A stretch of DNA of 64,000 nucleotides. It comes from Cyanophora paradoxa CCMP329. Its lineage: Eukaryota; Plantae; Glaucophyta. Positions 11,350-23,238 of the stretch are shown piece after piece. The notes beneath the pieces are model-generated. The model worked only from the letters and a program-made list of their open reading frames with translations. It did not search any database and was not told the origin of the DNA. The translations under genes and the position numbers were made by a program. Within the stretch, counting starts at the first letter, position 1, and each line of letters starts with the position of its first letter. The stretch is from the NCBI GenBank assembly GCA_004431415.1, contig QPMI01000206.1, forward strand, positions 62,001 through 126,000, written 5' to 3'.

Positions 11350-14300
11350 CTACACGCGGAGGCGGCTGCCGAAGAAGACGGCGGCGAGGGTGGCGAGCGC
11401 GGCGGCGAGGAGGGTCGCGGGGAGGGAGGCAGTGACGGAGGCGGCGGCGGCGGTGGAGCCGGAGCCGCCGGATTTGGTGGAGGCGGAGCCGCCGGCGCCC
11501 GAGCTGCCCGAGGCGCCGTACATCACGTTGTACATCGAGTTGAAGAAGAAGGGCTTCCGCTGCGCGCGCGCGCGCGGCGTCAGAGCGGCGCCGGCGATCG
11601 AAGGGCGCGACCCAGCGACATCGAGTGGGGCGCGCCGACTCGAGGATGGGCTTGGCGGCGTCGAGCTTGTACTTGCCGTCCAGGGCGAAGCCGCCCTTGA
11701 GCACCTCCTTCACCTTCTTCTCGAACGCCGCGTCGTCGTACTGCGGGAGAGGCGCGCCCGCGGCGGCCGCGCCTCAGCGCCCGGGGGCGGGCCGGGGCGG
11801 GCGCGGCGCAGGGGGCGGCCGACCTTGGGGATCATGTGCGTGCGGATGTCGAAGGTCACCTGCTTGTCCCCCGGCGACTGCGGGCGGGCGGGCGCGCCGC
11901 GCTGTCAGAACGGGGCCAGCCTGCATGCGGGCAGGGATGAAGGGGCACCATGTAGATGACGTTGATGGGGTTGGGGACGGCGAGGGCCTTGGTGGCGGGG
12001 TCGTACAGCACGTCGGCGAAGCCGAGCGCCGTGGCGACGGCCTTCTGCCAGCCCTCGTACGTCGCCTCCTTCCAGTCCGCCGTGTCCACCGGCTGCGCCA
12101 GCTGCAGCTCCAGCACCTGCGGGGAAGGCGCGACGCGCTCAGAGGGGCGGGAGAGCTGAGAGCGGGGCCGGGGCTGGGCCGGGCGGGGGCACCTTGGAGT
12201 AGCCGCTGAAGTCCTCGGGCGCTGCCGGAGGCCAGGCGCGGTCGGCCGGGGCCGAGCGGGCGGGGCGGGGCGGGGAAAAGCGGGGGGGGGGCGGACGCTT
12301 GGGGTAGGCGTCGGGGTTGGGGGCCCCCGAGGCGAGGCACGTGGTGGTCGAGGGCCGCTGCGGCTTCGTCGAGACGCGCACGTCGTCGCCTGTGGCCGAG
12401 CGTGAGGCGGGGGGCGACGGGGCTACACGAAGGCAAAAGCGGCGGGCGGACCGGTGACGACGAGGGAGTACATCTGCGCGGTGGCGCCCGTCACCTTGTT
12501 CGTCGCCGGGTCGTTGATCGTCACCTGCCGCCGCGGCGGGGCCCCCGCTCAGGAGGGCCGGCGGACGCGCGCAGGAAGCCCCCGCGGGGGGCCCCGCGGA
12601 CCTTAGCGCCGCGGACGATGACCGCGTAGCGCCCGAACCTGCGCTCGGGTGAGGGCCGCCCCGGCGGGCGGGCAGGGGCAAGGACGCACTTGGAGCCGTC
12701 GGGGCGGGTGAAGTCGGCGCGCGGGTCGAGCACGATCTTCTCCACGTTGTTCGCCCGGTCCGCAGACTGCGGGGCGGGGGAGGCGGGCGGTCAGGCCCCG
12801 CCCGGGTCCAGGGCCACTCCAATCGCGAGGGGGGAGTGCGCACGCGGCGGCCGTTGGGGTAGTACATGGGCATGAAGCCGGGCACGTTCTCCTTGACCTG
12901 GGGGAGGGTTCGGGCGGCCGGGAGGTGCAGGCGGGGGGGGGGGGGGGGGGCGGGCCTCGAGGTCGAGGTCGTTGGAGAGGGTGTTGCCGTTGACGGGGGA
13001 GCCCTCGGGGTCCGTCCACACCAGCGTCGCCCTGCCCGCCCGCCCCGCGCCGTCAGGCGGGGCAGCTCGGCGCGGGGGCGGGGGGAGCGGCGGCGGCGCG
13101 CACGAGAAGCGGCGCTTGTCGCCGACCTCGAAGTAGTAGGTCTGCGCGGGGCGCCCGCCGGCCTGAGCGGGGCGGCGGCGGCCGGCGGGGAGCAGGCGCG
13201 CGCGCACCCGCTCCTGGCAGGTGCCAACGAAGTCCTTCCAGTACATGTGCACCTGCGCCCGCCCCGGCGTCAGGCGCGGGGCTCCGCGGGGCGGGGGCGG
13301 GGCGGGGCGGGCCTTGAAGGGGGACTCGGGGAAGTAGAGGATGTTGTCGAGCTGGAGGGCCCCGAAGCCCTGGTACTGGTCCGGCGGGAAGCCCAGCGCT
13401 GCCGGCCCCGCCTGAGGGGGCGCAGCAGCCGGGCGAGCGGGAGGGCCGGGGCGCACTCTGGCCGGTGGGGCCCGTCGGCACGGGCACGGTCGACGCGATC
13501 ATGAGCTGCGCGGGAGCCGTCGGCGGCGCGCCGCGGGTCGTGCGCGGAGGAGGGGCGCACCGCCTTGATGAGCGACGAGGGCGGGTTGGGGATCGAGTTG
13601 GCGGGGCTCTGCGGGGCCCGTGTGAGCGGAGGGAACACTTGAGAGAGGGGGAAGGGGGCGGTCGCGCCTTGGTGCCGGTGGGCCACCAGCCCTCCGTCAG
13701 GTACTGCCGCACGAGCGCCGCCGCGCCGGCGGTGATCGGAGTCGCCATCGACGTCCCCGACATCGTCTTGGCTGCGCGCGCCGCGCTCTCAGCGGCGCGG
13801 CGGCAGTCTTGGGGCGAGGTCCCCGGGCGCACTGTTGCAGTTGTTGGAGCCGGTGGTGGCGTCGGAGGCGGCGGAGACGATCTGGTGGCCGGGGGCGACG
13901 AGATCCGGCTTGATGCGCCGCGACTCGACGTTGTCCTCCAGCGTCGGGCCCTGCGAGGAGAACGTGGCCATCTTGTTCTTGCCGCCGGTGCGGTCCGTGG
14001 CGCCCACGCAGATGCAGTTCTTGCAGGTCGCGGGGCTCCCGACGGTGCCCGTGCCGTACTTGCCGTCGTTGCCGGCCGCGAAGAGCACGAGGAAGTCGGG
14101 GTACTGCCGCCCCCCGTCAGAGCCAGGGGCGAAGGAAGGGGGGCGGGGGGCGGGGCGGACGTCGGACATGAAGTCGTCGACGCGGGAGGCCTCCGTGCCG
14201 TACCGGTTGCAGTACGTCGGCATCGTCTGCGGCGAGTCGGAGGGGGCGGTGCGGGGCGGGGCGAGGGGCGAGGGCAGGCCCCGCACCTGGAGGTTGGGGG

Positions 14301-17080
14301 AGGCGCAGCCCCAGGAGTCCGAGTGGATGCGCGCCCCGATCTTGTACGAGACCTGCCGCCCCCGGTAAGGCGCGCGGCGAGGCCCGCGGCGGGGCGGCGG
14401 GCGGCGAGGCGCGCGTTGAAGAAGTTGTAGTCGTCTGCGGGGGGCGCGCGGGGCGGGCGGCGGTCGGCGGGGCGCGCGGCGAGGCGAAGGCAAGGCGGGA
14501 GAGCGAAGAAGGGCGCACTGGGGATCTTAAGGGCGCCGGAGACGTGGCCGAGGTCGGTGAAGACCAGCTGCGGGGCCGGTGAGCTCCCCGCGCATACCTT
14601 CTCGGGCGGGGCGGGGCGGGGGTCGGACCTTGCCCTCGTACGCCATGCCGCGGTTCTCGTTCGAGCCAACCTTCGACCCCACCACCGAGCCGGCCTGGGG
14701 GGAGGAGCTCAGGGGGGGTACGGGTACCGCGAGCTGGGCGAAGGAGGCGGCGGACCACGTGGGTGCCGTGGCCGTCCTCGTCGTCGCTGCGGTACCCCTC
14801 CGTCGCCGGGTCCTGGAAGCGGTACGGCTGGTACGCGACCACCTGCCACCCCCGCCGCCTCAGCGCCGATCGGGCCGGGCAGGCGTGGCGGGGCGTGGCG
14901 GGGCGGGCCTTGCGGTGGTTGAAGTTGGCCTGCGCGGTCGGGTTCGTCTGGTAGATCGGGTCCTTCACGTTGTAGAACTGCCGCGCGCGCGTCAGAAAGA
15001 GCCCGAGCCGCGCGGGGCGGGGCGGGGCGGGGCGCACGGGGACGGGGAGGCTGGCGTCGCTGAGGTAGCAGTTGTCCCAGTCGACCCCCGAGTCGGCCAC
15101 GCCGATGATCTGCCCCGCGCCCCGCCGGCTCAGAGGGGGAGGGCGGAGGAGGCGACGCGGGCGGGCGTGCGGGCGCGCCTGGTCCTTTCCGGTGATGCCC
15201 TTGTTCCAGATGGTGGTCTGGCCGGCGGCGCCGGACTGGACGACGCCGGCCGAGTTCTGGTTGAGCAGCGTCCGCCCCGTGCGCTTCATGAACTCGACGG
15301 CGTCCTCCAGCGGCTCCTCCTCGTCCCGCCGCAGCACCTTCTTCGTCTTGTCCTGCGCGCCAGGACGAGCCTCGGAGGGAGAAGGGGAGGGGAGGGCGGG
15401 GCGGGGCGGGCCGGGGCGGGCGGACCTCGACCCAGACGGAGAGCTCGAGCTCCGCCAGCACGTTCGCGATCTGCCGGCCGGGTGAGGGCGGGCACGGGGG
15501 CGGGGTCGGAGGCCGGGGGCGGAGAGCCGGCGCACCGAGCGGATGTAGGCGTGGCCGGCGCCCACCTCGATCGCCTTCGAGCCGTCCACCCAGTCCTGGC
15601 GGGAAGAGATCAGGGACCCGAGCGGGCTCGCGCGCGCGCCGCCCCCCGCCGGCGGCCCAGGGCGGACGACGTAGTAGTAGGGGATGTCCTTGGTGCCGAG
15701 CTCCTTCTCCACGAACGCGACCATGTCGTCCCGCTGCGCGCGGGCGGGCGGGCGGCGAGGCTCAGCGGGGGGCGGCGAGGCGGCGTGCGGGGCTTGCGCG
15801 GGGGCCCGCACCTCCTTCTGGGTGTACTCGATGGGGTACAGGCTCACGCGGACCTCCATCTGGCAAGGCGGCGTCAGCGCGCTCTCCTGCCTCCGGCCCA
15901 GCTCCGGTCCGCCCAGCTTCGCCTCGCACCCGGGCCTTGTAGAGGTCGGCGGTGGTGTTCTCCGGGGAGGCGGCGAGGATCTCCTCGATCGACTTGATCA
16001 TCCGGTTGATCTGAGCGGCGGGGCGGGTCGGGTCGGATCCGGGAGAGGGTGCGGGGCGGGGCGGGTCGGGCGGCGCGGGAGCGGCGGACCTTCATCTGGG
16101 GCAGCTGCAGCACCGGCGCGGCGGGTCAGAGGCGGTGCAGGGCGGGCGGGCGGGTGGCGACGGGGCGGCCCGACGGACCATGCGCCCGATGTACTTGCTG
16201 CGAGGAGCACCGCGCGTAAGGCGGGGCAGGGCGGGCCGGGGGTGCGGGCGGCGGGCGGGCGGCGGGCGCACAGGATGGCGGGGCGGTTCGGCTGGTCGGT
16301 GAGCAGCGCCGCGAGCGACCGGACCTGCTGCGACGTCGCCAGGCAGATGTACCCGTCGGTCTCGACGTAGCTGCGGGCCGACGCGTTCAAACAGCCGCGC
16401 GGGCGGTCCGGCGGGCGGGGCACACATGTCGGGGTTGTTGGGGGTGCCGAGGATGGCGTTGACGGCGGCAGTGGTGTCGCGCCCGGTGAAGGCGTCGCGG
16501 CTCGCGTACTGGATGAGGTAGACGCCCCGGGGCGGGAGCGTCGCGAAGTCGGAGTCGGCCGTGATCTGTGCCTTCTTCACGATGGAGCCGCGGAGCGTCG
16601 AGTCCGTGTCCATGTCGAAGTTCTTCAGATCCAGGATGCTGCGGGTGCGCGTCAGCCGCAGACTGCAGCCTGCATGCTCAACAGTTTGTGTAAGGATAAG
16701 GCTCGCGGCCTGGGTCGCGGCCTTCGCTTCAGGTTTTGAAAAGCATAGCAGGTCGCGGTAAGCAATCGTTCCCCTCGCTACGAAGCTATGGGTCCCCGAA
16801 CCCCTGCAGGCTGCAGCCTGGCAGTAAGTACGCACTGGTTGTTCAGGTTCACGTTGGCGGCCTGCGAATCGATACAATTAGCACTTCGATGGTCTTTTCC
16901 AGGTCAGGGACGCCCGCCCCAGGACGGGGGCCTGGCACGAGTTCGTTAACTGCCGCGCACCGAGTTTTCGACCTGTATGGCCTCAAGCTGGGAGCTGGCG
17001 GTCGTAGCGACGGTCTGTGCCGAGGCGATGGCCAGAACGGCCATCGCCAGAACGCCCCAGAGGGCCCAGGACCGCGCCAT
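11350..17080 (-). CDS. S8 subtilisin-like serine protease A (KP-43/TagC-like), with signal peptide and GPI-like C-terminus
   Basis: Start MARSWALWGVLAMAVLAIASA. Catalytic motifs IIGVADSGVD (Asp), DDEDGHGTHV (His), LFAAGNDG (oxyanion Asn), IKPDLVAPG and MSGTSMATP (Ser). KP-43-type C-domain TLVWTDP..NDLDLE..NNVEK. Ser/Gly linker followed by hydrophobic tail ATLLAAALATLAAVFFGSRLRV*. Confidence 0.93.
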
Positions 17081-17186
17081 CTGCGTCGGAGCAGCTTTCT
17101 CCTGGGGGGTACGACGACACAAAGGTTTGGTCAAGCTGCGCCGCCAGCTCCGGCCGAAGCGCTACAGTCACGTAGCGCCGGTGACG
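17081..17186. promoter_or_regulatory. Putative 106-bp bidirectional promoter/5'UTR region between the two subtilase start codons
   Basis: Divergent ATGs at 17080 (-) and 17187 (+), each followed directly by a signal peptide. The regulatory role is inferred from geometry only. Confidence 0.55.
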
Positions 17187-20100
17187 ATGTCGAAGCGAGC
17201 TGGTCCCCGCGCTGGCCGAGCGCTCATCGCAATATTGCTAGTACTAGTCTGTGCAGGCCTAGCCGCGGCGCAGTCTGTGCACGAAGAGGCCATAGTAGGC
17301 AACGCTGCAATCAGAGCATCGGTGCGCTGCGCGCCGTCTCGCTTTTTGAATTCGGGCGTCGGGCGCTAGCCAGCGTCCCCAGCTGCTGATCGGGCTCGTG
17401 CAGGCAGCGAACGTGGACGAGGAGCTCTCTCTCGACCTGAAGAACGTGCGTGAACCGCGCCCTTGCCTCCGCTGCGGCCGCGGGCTACCCGCCGAGCCGC
17501 GACGGCGCTGGCGCCGCTTACGCCCGCTTTCGGCCGCGCAGGTCGACCTCGACCCGGAGAAGCAGACGCGCTCCTCGGCGTCGCGGCTGGCGTCCATCTC
17601 CGGCGACAAGGCGGTGCCCGGCGGGCAGTTCATCGTGCAGTTCTACTCGGACCAGAACACGGAGGAGAGCCGGCGCGCCGTGGCCGCCATCGTCGGCCAC
17701 GAGCTCACCGAGTACGTGCCCGACAACGGGTGCGCACCCGCCCCGCCGCCCGCCCGCCCCGCGCCGGATCCGCGAGCTCAGCCCCGGGCGCCCGCCCGCC
17801 CGCCTGCCAGGTACATCTTCGGGACGACGGGAGAGGCCGCAAAGCGGGTGGGGCCCTGCGCGCGCCTTCCCTCGGGTACCCCTCTGGCTTTTTAATCCGT
17901 ACCCTCTCCATTCCAGGTCCTCTCCGCGCCGGGCGTGAAATATGTCGGCCGCCTCCTCCCCCAGATCAAGGTCCCGCCTCGCCCCCCGGAGCCGCGCCTC
18001 CCGAACCGCGCCGTGCCGACCTTCTCGGCCTTCCGCAGCTCAGCGCGGCGCTGAAGGGGATCGAGGAGATGGCGGCGAGCCTGTCGAGCGGGGAGATGCG
18101 GCACCGGTACGAGAACCTCACCATCCGGGCCACCCTCTCCCCGCGCGACTACGGCCCCGGCGAGGCGCGCCCCCTCCTCCTCCTTCTTCTTCCCCCGCCC
18201 CGCGCTCCAGCGTACCCATCTCTCACCGCCCCCTTGCAGCTCGCGGGCATCGCGGGGTACCACGAGGGGCGGCTGCGGAGGCAGGGGGTACAGGCCTCCG
18301 TCTCCTTCAGCGAGGAGTTCCGCTTCGTCGAGGCGACCGTGGGCATCCACGACGCCCAGGCACCCGCTCAGATCTGATCCGATCCGATCGGATCTGATCT
18401 GACCTCGTCTGCCCCTCGGCGCAGGCGGTGGCGGTCGCGTTCGCGTCGCACAACGAGACGACCTGGGTCGAGGCCCGCCCCGCCCCCGCCCTGCCCCTCA
18501 ATGCTTCCCCTCGGGCGCCTGACGGCGCCCCCGCGCGTCCGACAGGACAAGACGAAGAAGAAGCTGCACGTGATCCCCCCGGAGTTCTGGGAGGAGGTCG
18601 GGGCGCGGCCTCCGGGGGCGGGGTCGGGGGCGGGGCGGCGGCGCCTCGCGAACCGCGTGGTGGGGGGCCTCATCCAGACCGGCGTCGAGGGCATCACGTC
18701 CCTTTGGGACGCAGGCCTCACCGGCCGCGGCCAGGCGCGCTCTCCCCTCCGTACCCCCGCAAGATCGCGCTCGAAGGGGTACGCGCCCCGCAGGTCGTCG
18801 GCGTCGGCGACTCGGGCATCGACTGGGACAACTGTGCGCTCGTACCCCCCCGCCCTTCCGCCCCTCGTTCCCGCGCCCCTGAACACCGCGTCAGGCCTCC
18901 TGCGCGACCCGACCTTCCAGAACCCGCCGGTACCCCCCGCGCCGCTCTAGGCCCCTGTACCCCCGCTCACCCGCTTTCGCCGCAGTTCTACGACCAGTAC
19001 GGGCGGTACGGCCTCTCGATGAACCCGCGCCTCGACCACCGCAAGGTCCGCCGGGACCTTCCATCCCACCGTACCCCCGTTTCCCGACCCGCGGGGGGTA
19101 CCCAGATCATCGCTTACAAGCCCTACGACGCCTCTGCGGCTGGCGTGAACGCTGGCTTTCGGAGGTGCGCCTGCGCCTCCCCTCCCCCAATTCCACCCCC
19201 CCGCCCCTCCTGAGCTTCGCGTACCCCCCAGCGACGACGAGCACGGGCACGGGACGCACGTCGTCGCCGCAATCGCCGGCTCCAGCGACCAGGTACCCCT
19301 TGCCCGGCTCTTTCCCCCTCCTTTTCGAACCTCCTTTTCCTGCAGCTGTCCGGGAACCGGGGCATGGCGTACGAGGCAAAGGTCGTCTTCTCCGACTACG
19401 GCACGAACGAGGGGGTACGCGAAAGGGACGACCTGCCTGCCCCTCCGTATTCCATCGATCCCGTACCCCCAGGAGCTCTCGTACCCCAGCGACATGGACC
19501 TAAAGATGGCGTACAGCCTCGGGGCTCGCATCCACTCCAACTCGTGCGCGGCGTACCCCCCTCCTCTTCCCCCCCTCCCGCCTCACCCCCGGGCACTCAG
19601 CTGGGGCTGCACCTCGCCGGACCTGAACGCCCTCCCGACCTTCTGCAACCGCTACGGCTCCGAGGCGCGCCAGATCGACGACTTCGTCTCCAAGGTACCG
19701 CCTGCATCCATCCGCCCCCCCAGAGCGAGCTCGTCCCCCCCACCCACCCCTCCCCCCCCGCCCGCCCGCGCAGAACCCCGACTTCCTGGTGCTGTTCGCG
19801 GCGGGCAACGACGGCAAGTACGGGGCGAGCACCATCGGGGCCCCGGCCACCTGCAAGAACTGTCTCGCCGTGCGTCCGCCACAACCGCCCCCTCCGAGAC
19901 GGAGAGACACGCGCCGCTCACGCCGGGGGCGGCAGGTGGGGGCGGTGGACCGGGCGGACGGCAAGAACAAGGTCGCCAGCTTCTCCTCCCAGGCGCGCAC
20001 CTGCCCTTACAGCTGCTGCTGCCTTCCGCCCCGCGGCCGTCTTCTCTTTTCGAACTCCGCGGCGCAGGGCCCGACGCTGGAGGACAACCACGAGGCGCGC

Positions 20101-22519
20101 CGCTTCAAGCCCGACCTCGTCGCCCCCGGCGTGCGCCGTACCCCCGCCCGCCCGCCGCCCTTTGAAGTCAACCGTGTACCCCTCTGCAGGTCCTCATCGA
20201 GTCGGCGGCGTCCGACGGGAGCACCACGTCCAACAACTGCGACCGTGCGGCCCGGGCTCGAATCCCAGCGGAGAGGTTTCCTGCTCCTCACCGGGCTCGC
20301 CGCAGTGCGCCGGATGTCGGGCACGTCGATGGCGACTCCGATCACCGCCGGCGCGGCGGCGCTCGTGCGGCAGTACCTCACGGAGGGCTGGTACCCCTCT
20401 GGCGCCAAGAACCCCGCGGACGCGATCTCGTCCCCCTCGGCGGCGCTCATCAAGGCGATGATGATCCACAGCACCGTACCCGTCCCCAAGGGCCCCAAGG
20501 ACAACGGTGCTGGAACCGAACGAACTGCAGCGGCTCCGCCTCCTCTGACGCTCCGCGGCGGCAGCGCTGGACTCGCCGCCGGACTTCGAGCAGGGCTTCG
20601 GCGCCCTCCAGCTGACGAACGTTCTCCGCCTGCCGGGCTCTCCCTTCTCCCTCTTCCTCCAGGCGAGCGTTCCCCAAGCCCCGGCCGCCCCGCTCTTCTA
20701 CCCCCCTGACTTTACGTCCCCAGCACCACGACTCGGTCCAACAATGCGAGGAGAAGGCGCGCCCTGCACCCGTTGTCTCCGCGCGCCCTTTCCCCTCACT
20801 TTCGGCGCAGCAATACTTCTTCGAAGTCGGCGGGAAGCGGCCCCTGACGCGCGCCACGACCCCCTGCCCCCCGCCTCCCTTCCCCCCCCCTACCCCCGAA
20901 CCGCCCCGTCGCGCAGGGTGACGCTGGTGTGGACGGACCCGGCGGGGAACCCGGCGAGCGGCGCCTACCTCATGAACGACCTCGACCTCGAGGCGCGCCC
21001 CGCCCCGCCCCGCCCCGCCCCGCCCTGCCAGCCTCGAGCCCCTCTTTTAATCCGCCCTCCACCCCCCAGGTGAAGGAGAACCAGCCGGGGTTCCTCCCCA
21101 TGTACTACCCCAACCAGAAGAAGAAGGCAGACCGGGCCAACAACGTCGAGAAGGTCGTCGTGCGGCCCCGCACGCCCAACCAGCGCCCCGACGGCTCCAG
21201 GCCCGCCAGCCCTCCCGCCTCTTTCTCCCCCCGTCTCACCCCGCGGCAGCTACGGGCGCTACTCGGTCATCGTCCGCGGCTACCGCGTCGGTGTGCCCGC
21301 CTCGTCGCTCTCCTCTCTTCTTTTCCCCCTCTCTCCCTTCGTTGAGGCCTCGCTCTCTTGTCGCCGCAGCCGTCGCGAGCCCCGTGACGGGCCGGCCCGA
21401 GCAGGAGTACGCCCTCGTCGTCACCGGTGCCGCCCCCGAGCCGCCCCGAGCCGCCCCGCCGTCTCCTCTTCCGATAGACTCGTCCACTGGACCGCCCGTC
21501 CGATGGACCGCCCTTCTAGGAGAGCGCCGCCCTTCCCCCGCCCCCCTCGTCCGAGCCGCGCGGCAGGGGACGACCTGCGCGTGGCGCGGCGGCAGCGGCC
21601 GGCGCGCCCCACCTGCGTCGACGGCATCGTCAACCCCGCCGCGTACCCCCCGGGTGGGCGCCCCCCTCCCTTCCCTCTCCCCCCCCCCATGCTTCTCAGC
21701 TTCTCTCAGCGCCCGAGGGCCACTTCAAGGGCACGTCGCGCGTCCTCTCCATGACGCTCCTCCAGCCCATCGCCGACTCCGACTGGTGCCTAACCCATCC
21801 CCGGCCCCGGCCCCCCCCCCCCCCCCCCCCCCCCGCCCCACAGCCTTACCCCCGCCCGGGCAGGACGACGCGGACGCACGAGGAGTGGGAGGCGCGGGTG
21901 GCGGGGGCCCTCGGCGTCCCCGACGACGCCCTCCACACCGTCGACATGGTACCCCCCGGGCGGGGGGGGGGGAGGCGGGGGCGGGGGAGGAGGGGGGGCG
22001 GGCGGGAGACGGCATCGGACGGTTGACGGGGCGCGGGGCAGGACGGGACGGCGCTCTCGCTCGAGCTCCGCCAGTCCGACATCCCGGGCTTCAACGTCAC
22101 GTGCGGCCCCGTACCCCCCACCCCGCCCCGCCCCCGCCCCCGCCGACGCCGACGCCTCTCAGGGCCTTCAACGAGCTCGCGATCGCGACGCTCGCGACGG
22201 GCTTCGAGCTCGGCGGGGGGTACAGCGTCGCCTCCCTCGACACCATCCGCAGCGTCTTCTTCCTGGTCCGGGAATCCGCGTACCCGTCGCACGCCTCCCT
22301 CCCGCTGACCCTCCGGGGGTGCAGGCGGACTACGACAAGCTGACGGACCAGCCGCAGTCCTCGGGGGCCGCCCCCACGCAGCAGCAGTCGAAGCAGGCGT
22401 CGTATGGCGGGCAGCGCTCGGAGGCCGCGCGGGGTGCCGCCGGGGCCGCCGCCCTGCGCCTCACCGCCGCCCTCGCCGCCGCCTGCGCCGCCGCGCTCTT
22501 CGCGCTGCCCTTAGGGTGA
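17187..22519 (+). CDS. S8 subtilisin-like serine protease B (paralogue of A), with signal peptide and GPI-like C-terminus
   Basis: Start MSKRAGPRAGRALIAILLVLVCAGLAAA. Motifs VVGVGDSGIDWDNC, DDEHGHGTHVV, LFAAGNDGKYG, FKPDLVAPG, MSGTSMATPITAGAAALVRQY and TLVWTDP..NDLDLE|VKEN. Tail GAAALRLTAALAAACAAALFALPLG*. Confidence 0.93.
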
Positions 22520-23238
22520 GCGCCTGGGCGCCATTCTCTGCGCTCGCTTCTGTTACAGGTTCCCTTTATTTTTCTTTCCTATTAGATTATGTATTCACTC
22601 CAGCTGTTAGTTTAGCCCGAAATGCTACGCGATACGTTTGCTAGATATCAGATCTGACGATATGGTCCAATGATGCATTCCGCGAAGTGCGAAGTTTCGA
22701 AACCTGCCAGCAATCTGATGGGCCCGGCCCGGGCCGGGGATCTGCATGCGAATCAAAGGGGCGGCCGGGCCGCCGGGCGGTCTGAGGCACAAGAATTCAC
22801 GAGAATTTGAAACTCGCCTATTGGCCCAGTGGCCTACTTTCACTCACTTCTAAACTCTGCGGATATGCATGCATGCGCAGGTGCGATTTTTGGGCATGAT
22901 CATGATATCGATCATGACACAGCTGCAGTCTTTGCAGTCCGACGGTCTCCGACAGAGCATACACTGTGACAGTTGCTCCGGATCCGGAGTCGGTGCCATT
23001 CAGAGTTATGGGAAGCGGCATCGGTGCTCGATGATCATCGGATATCGATCTGGGAAGCGCGCAAGCCCTCCCCGAATCACAGAGAGCGCGCGGGGCTGCA
23101 GGCCTAGTCCATAAACAGAGGGCTGTAAGCGGCAGGCTTGGATGTCTGACGATACGGTCCGATGATGAATTCGAACGCTGCAGGCTGAGGGGCCCGGGCC
23201 GGGGTCTGCAATCCAAGGCCGCGCGAGGCGCCGGCGCC

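Noticed and set aside
18368-18402. (GATCN)n quasi-palindromic run in a subtilase B intron
   Set aside because: Short microsatellite-like tract, treated as part of the general palindrome enrichment rather than a distinct element.
11350-22519. Apparent frameshifts suggesting pseudogenes or a variant genetic code
   Set aside because: Every break I checked is explained by a short GT/GC-AG intron, and I found no in-frame stop inside a conserved exon.
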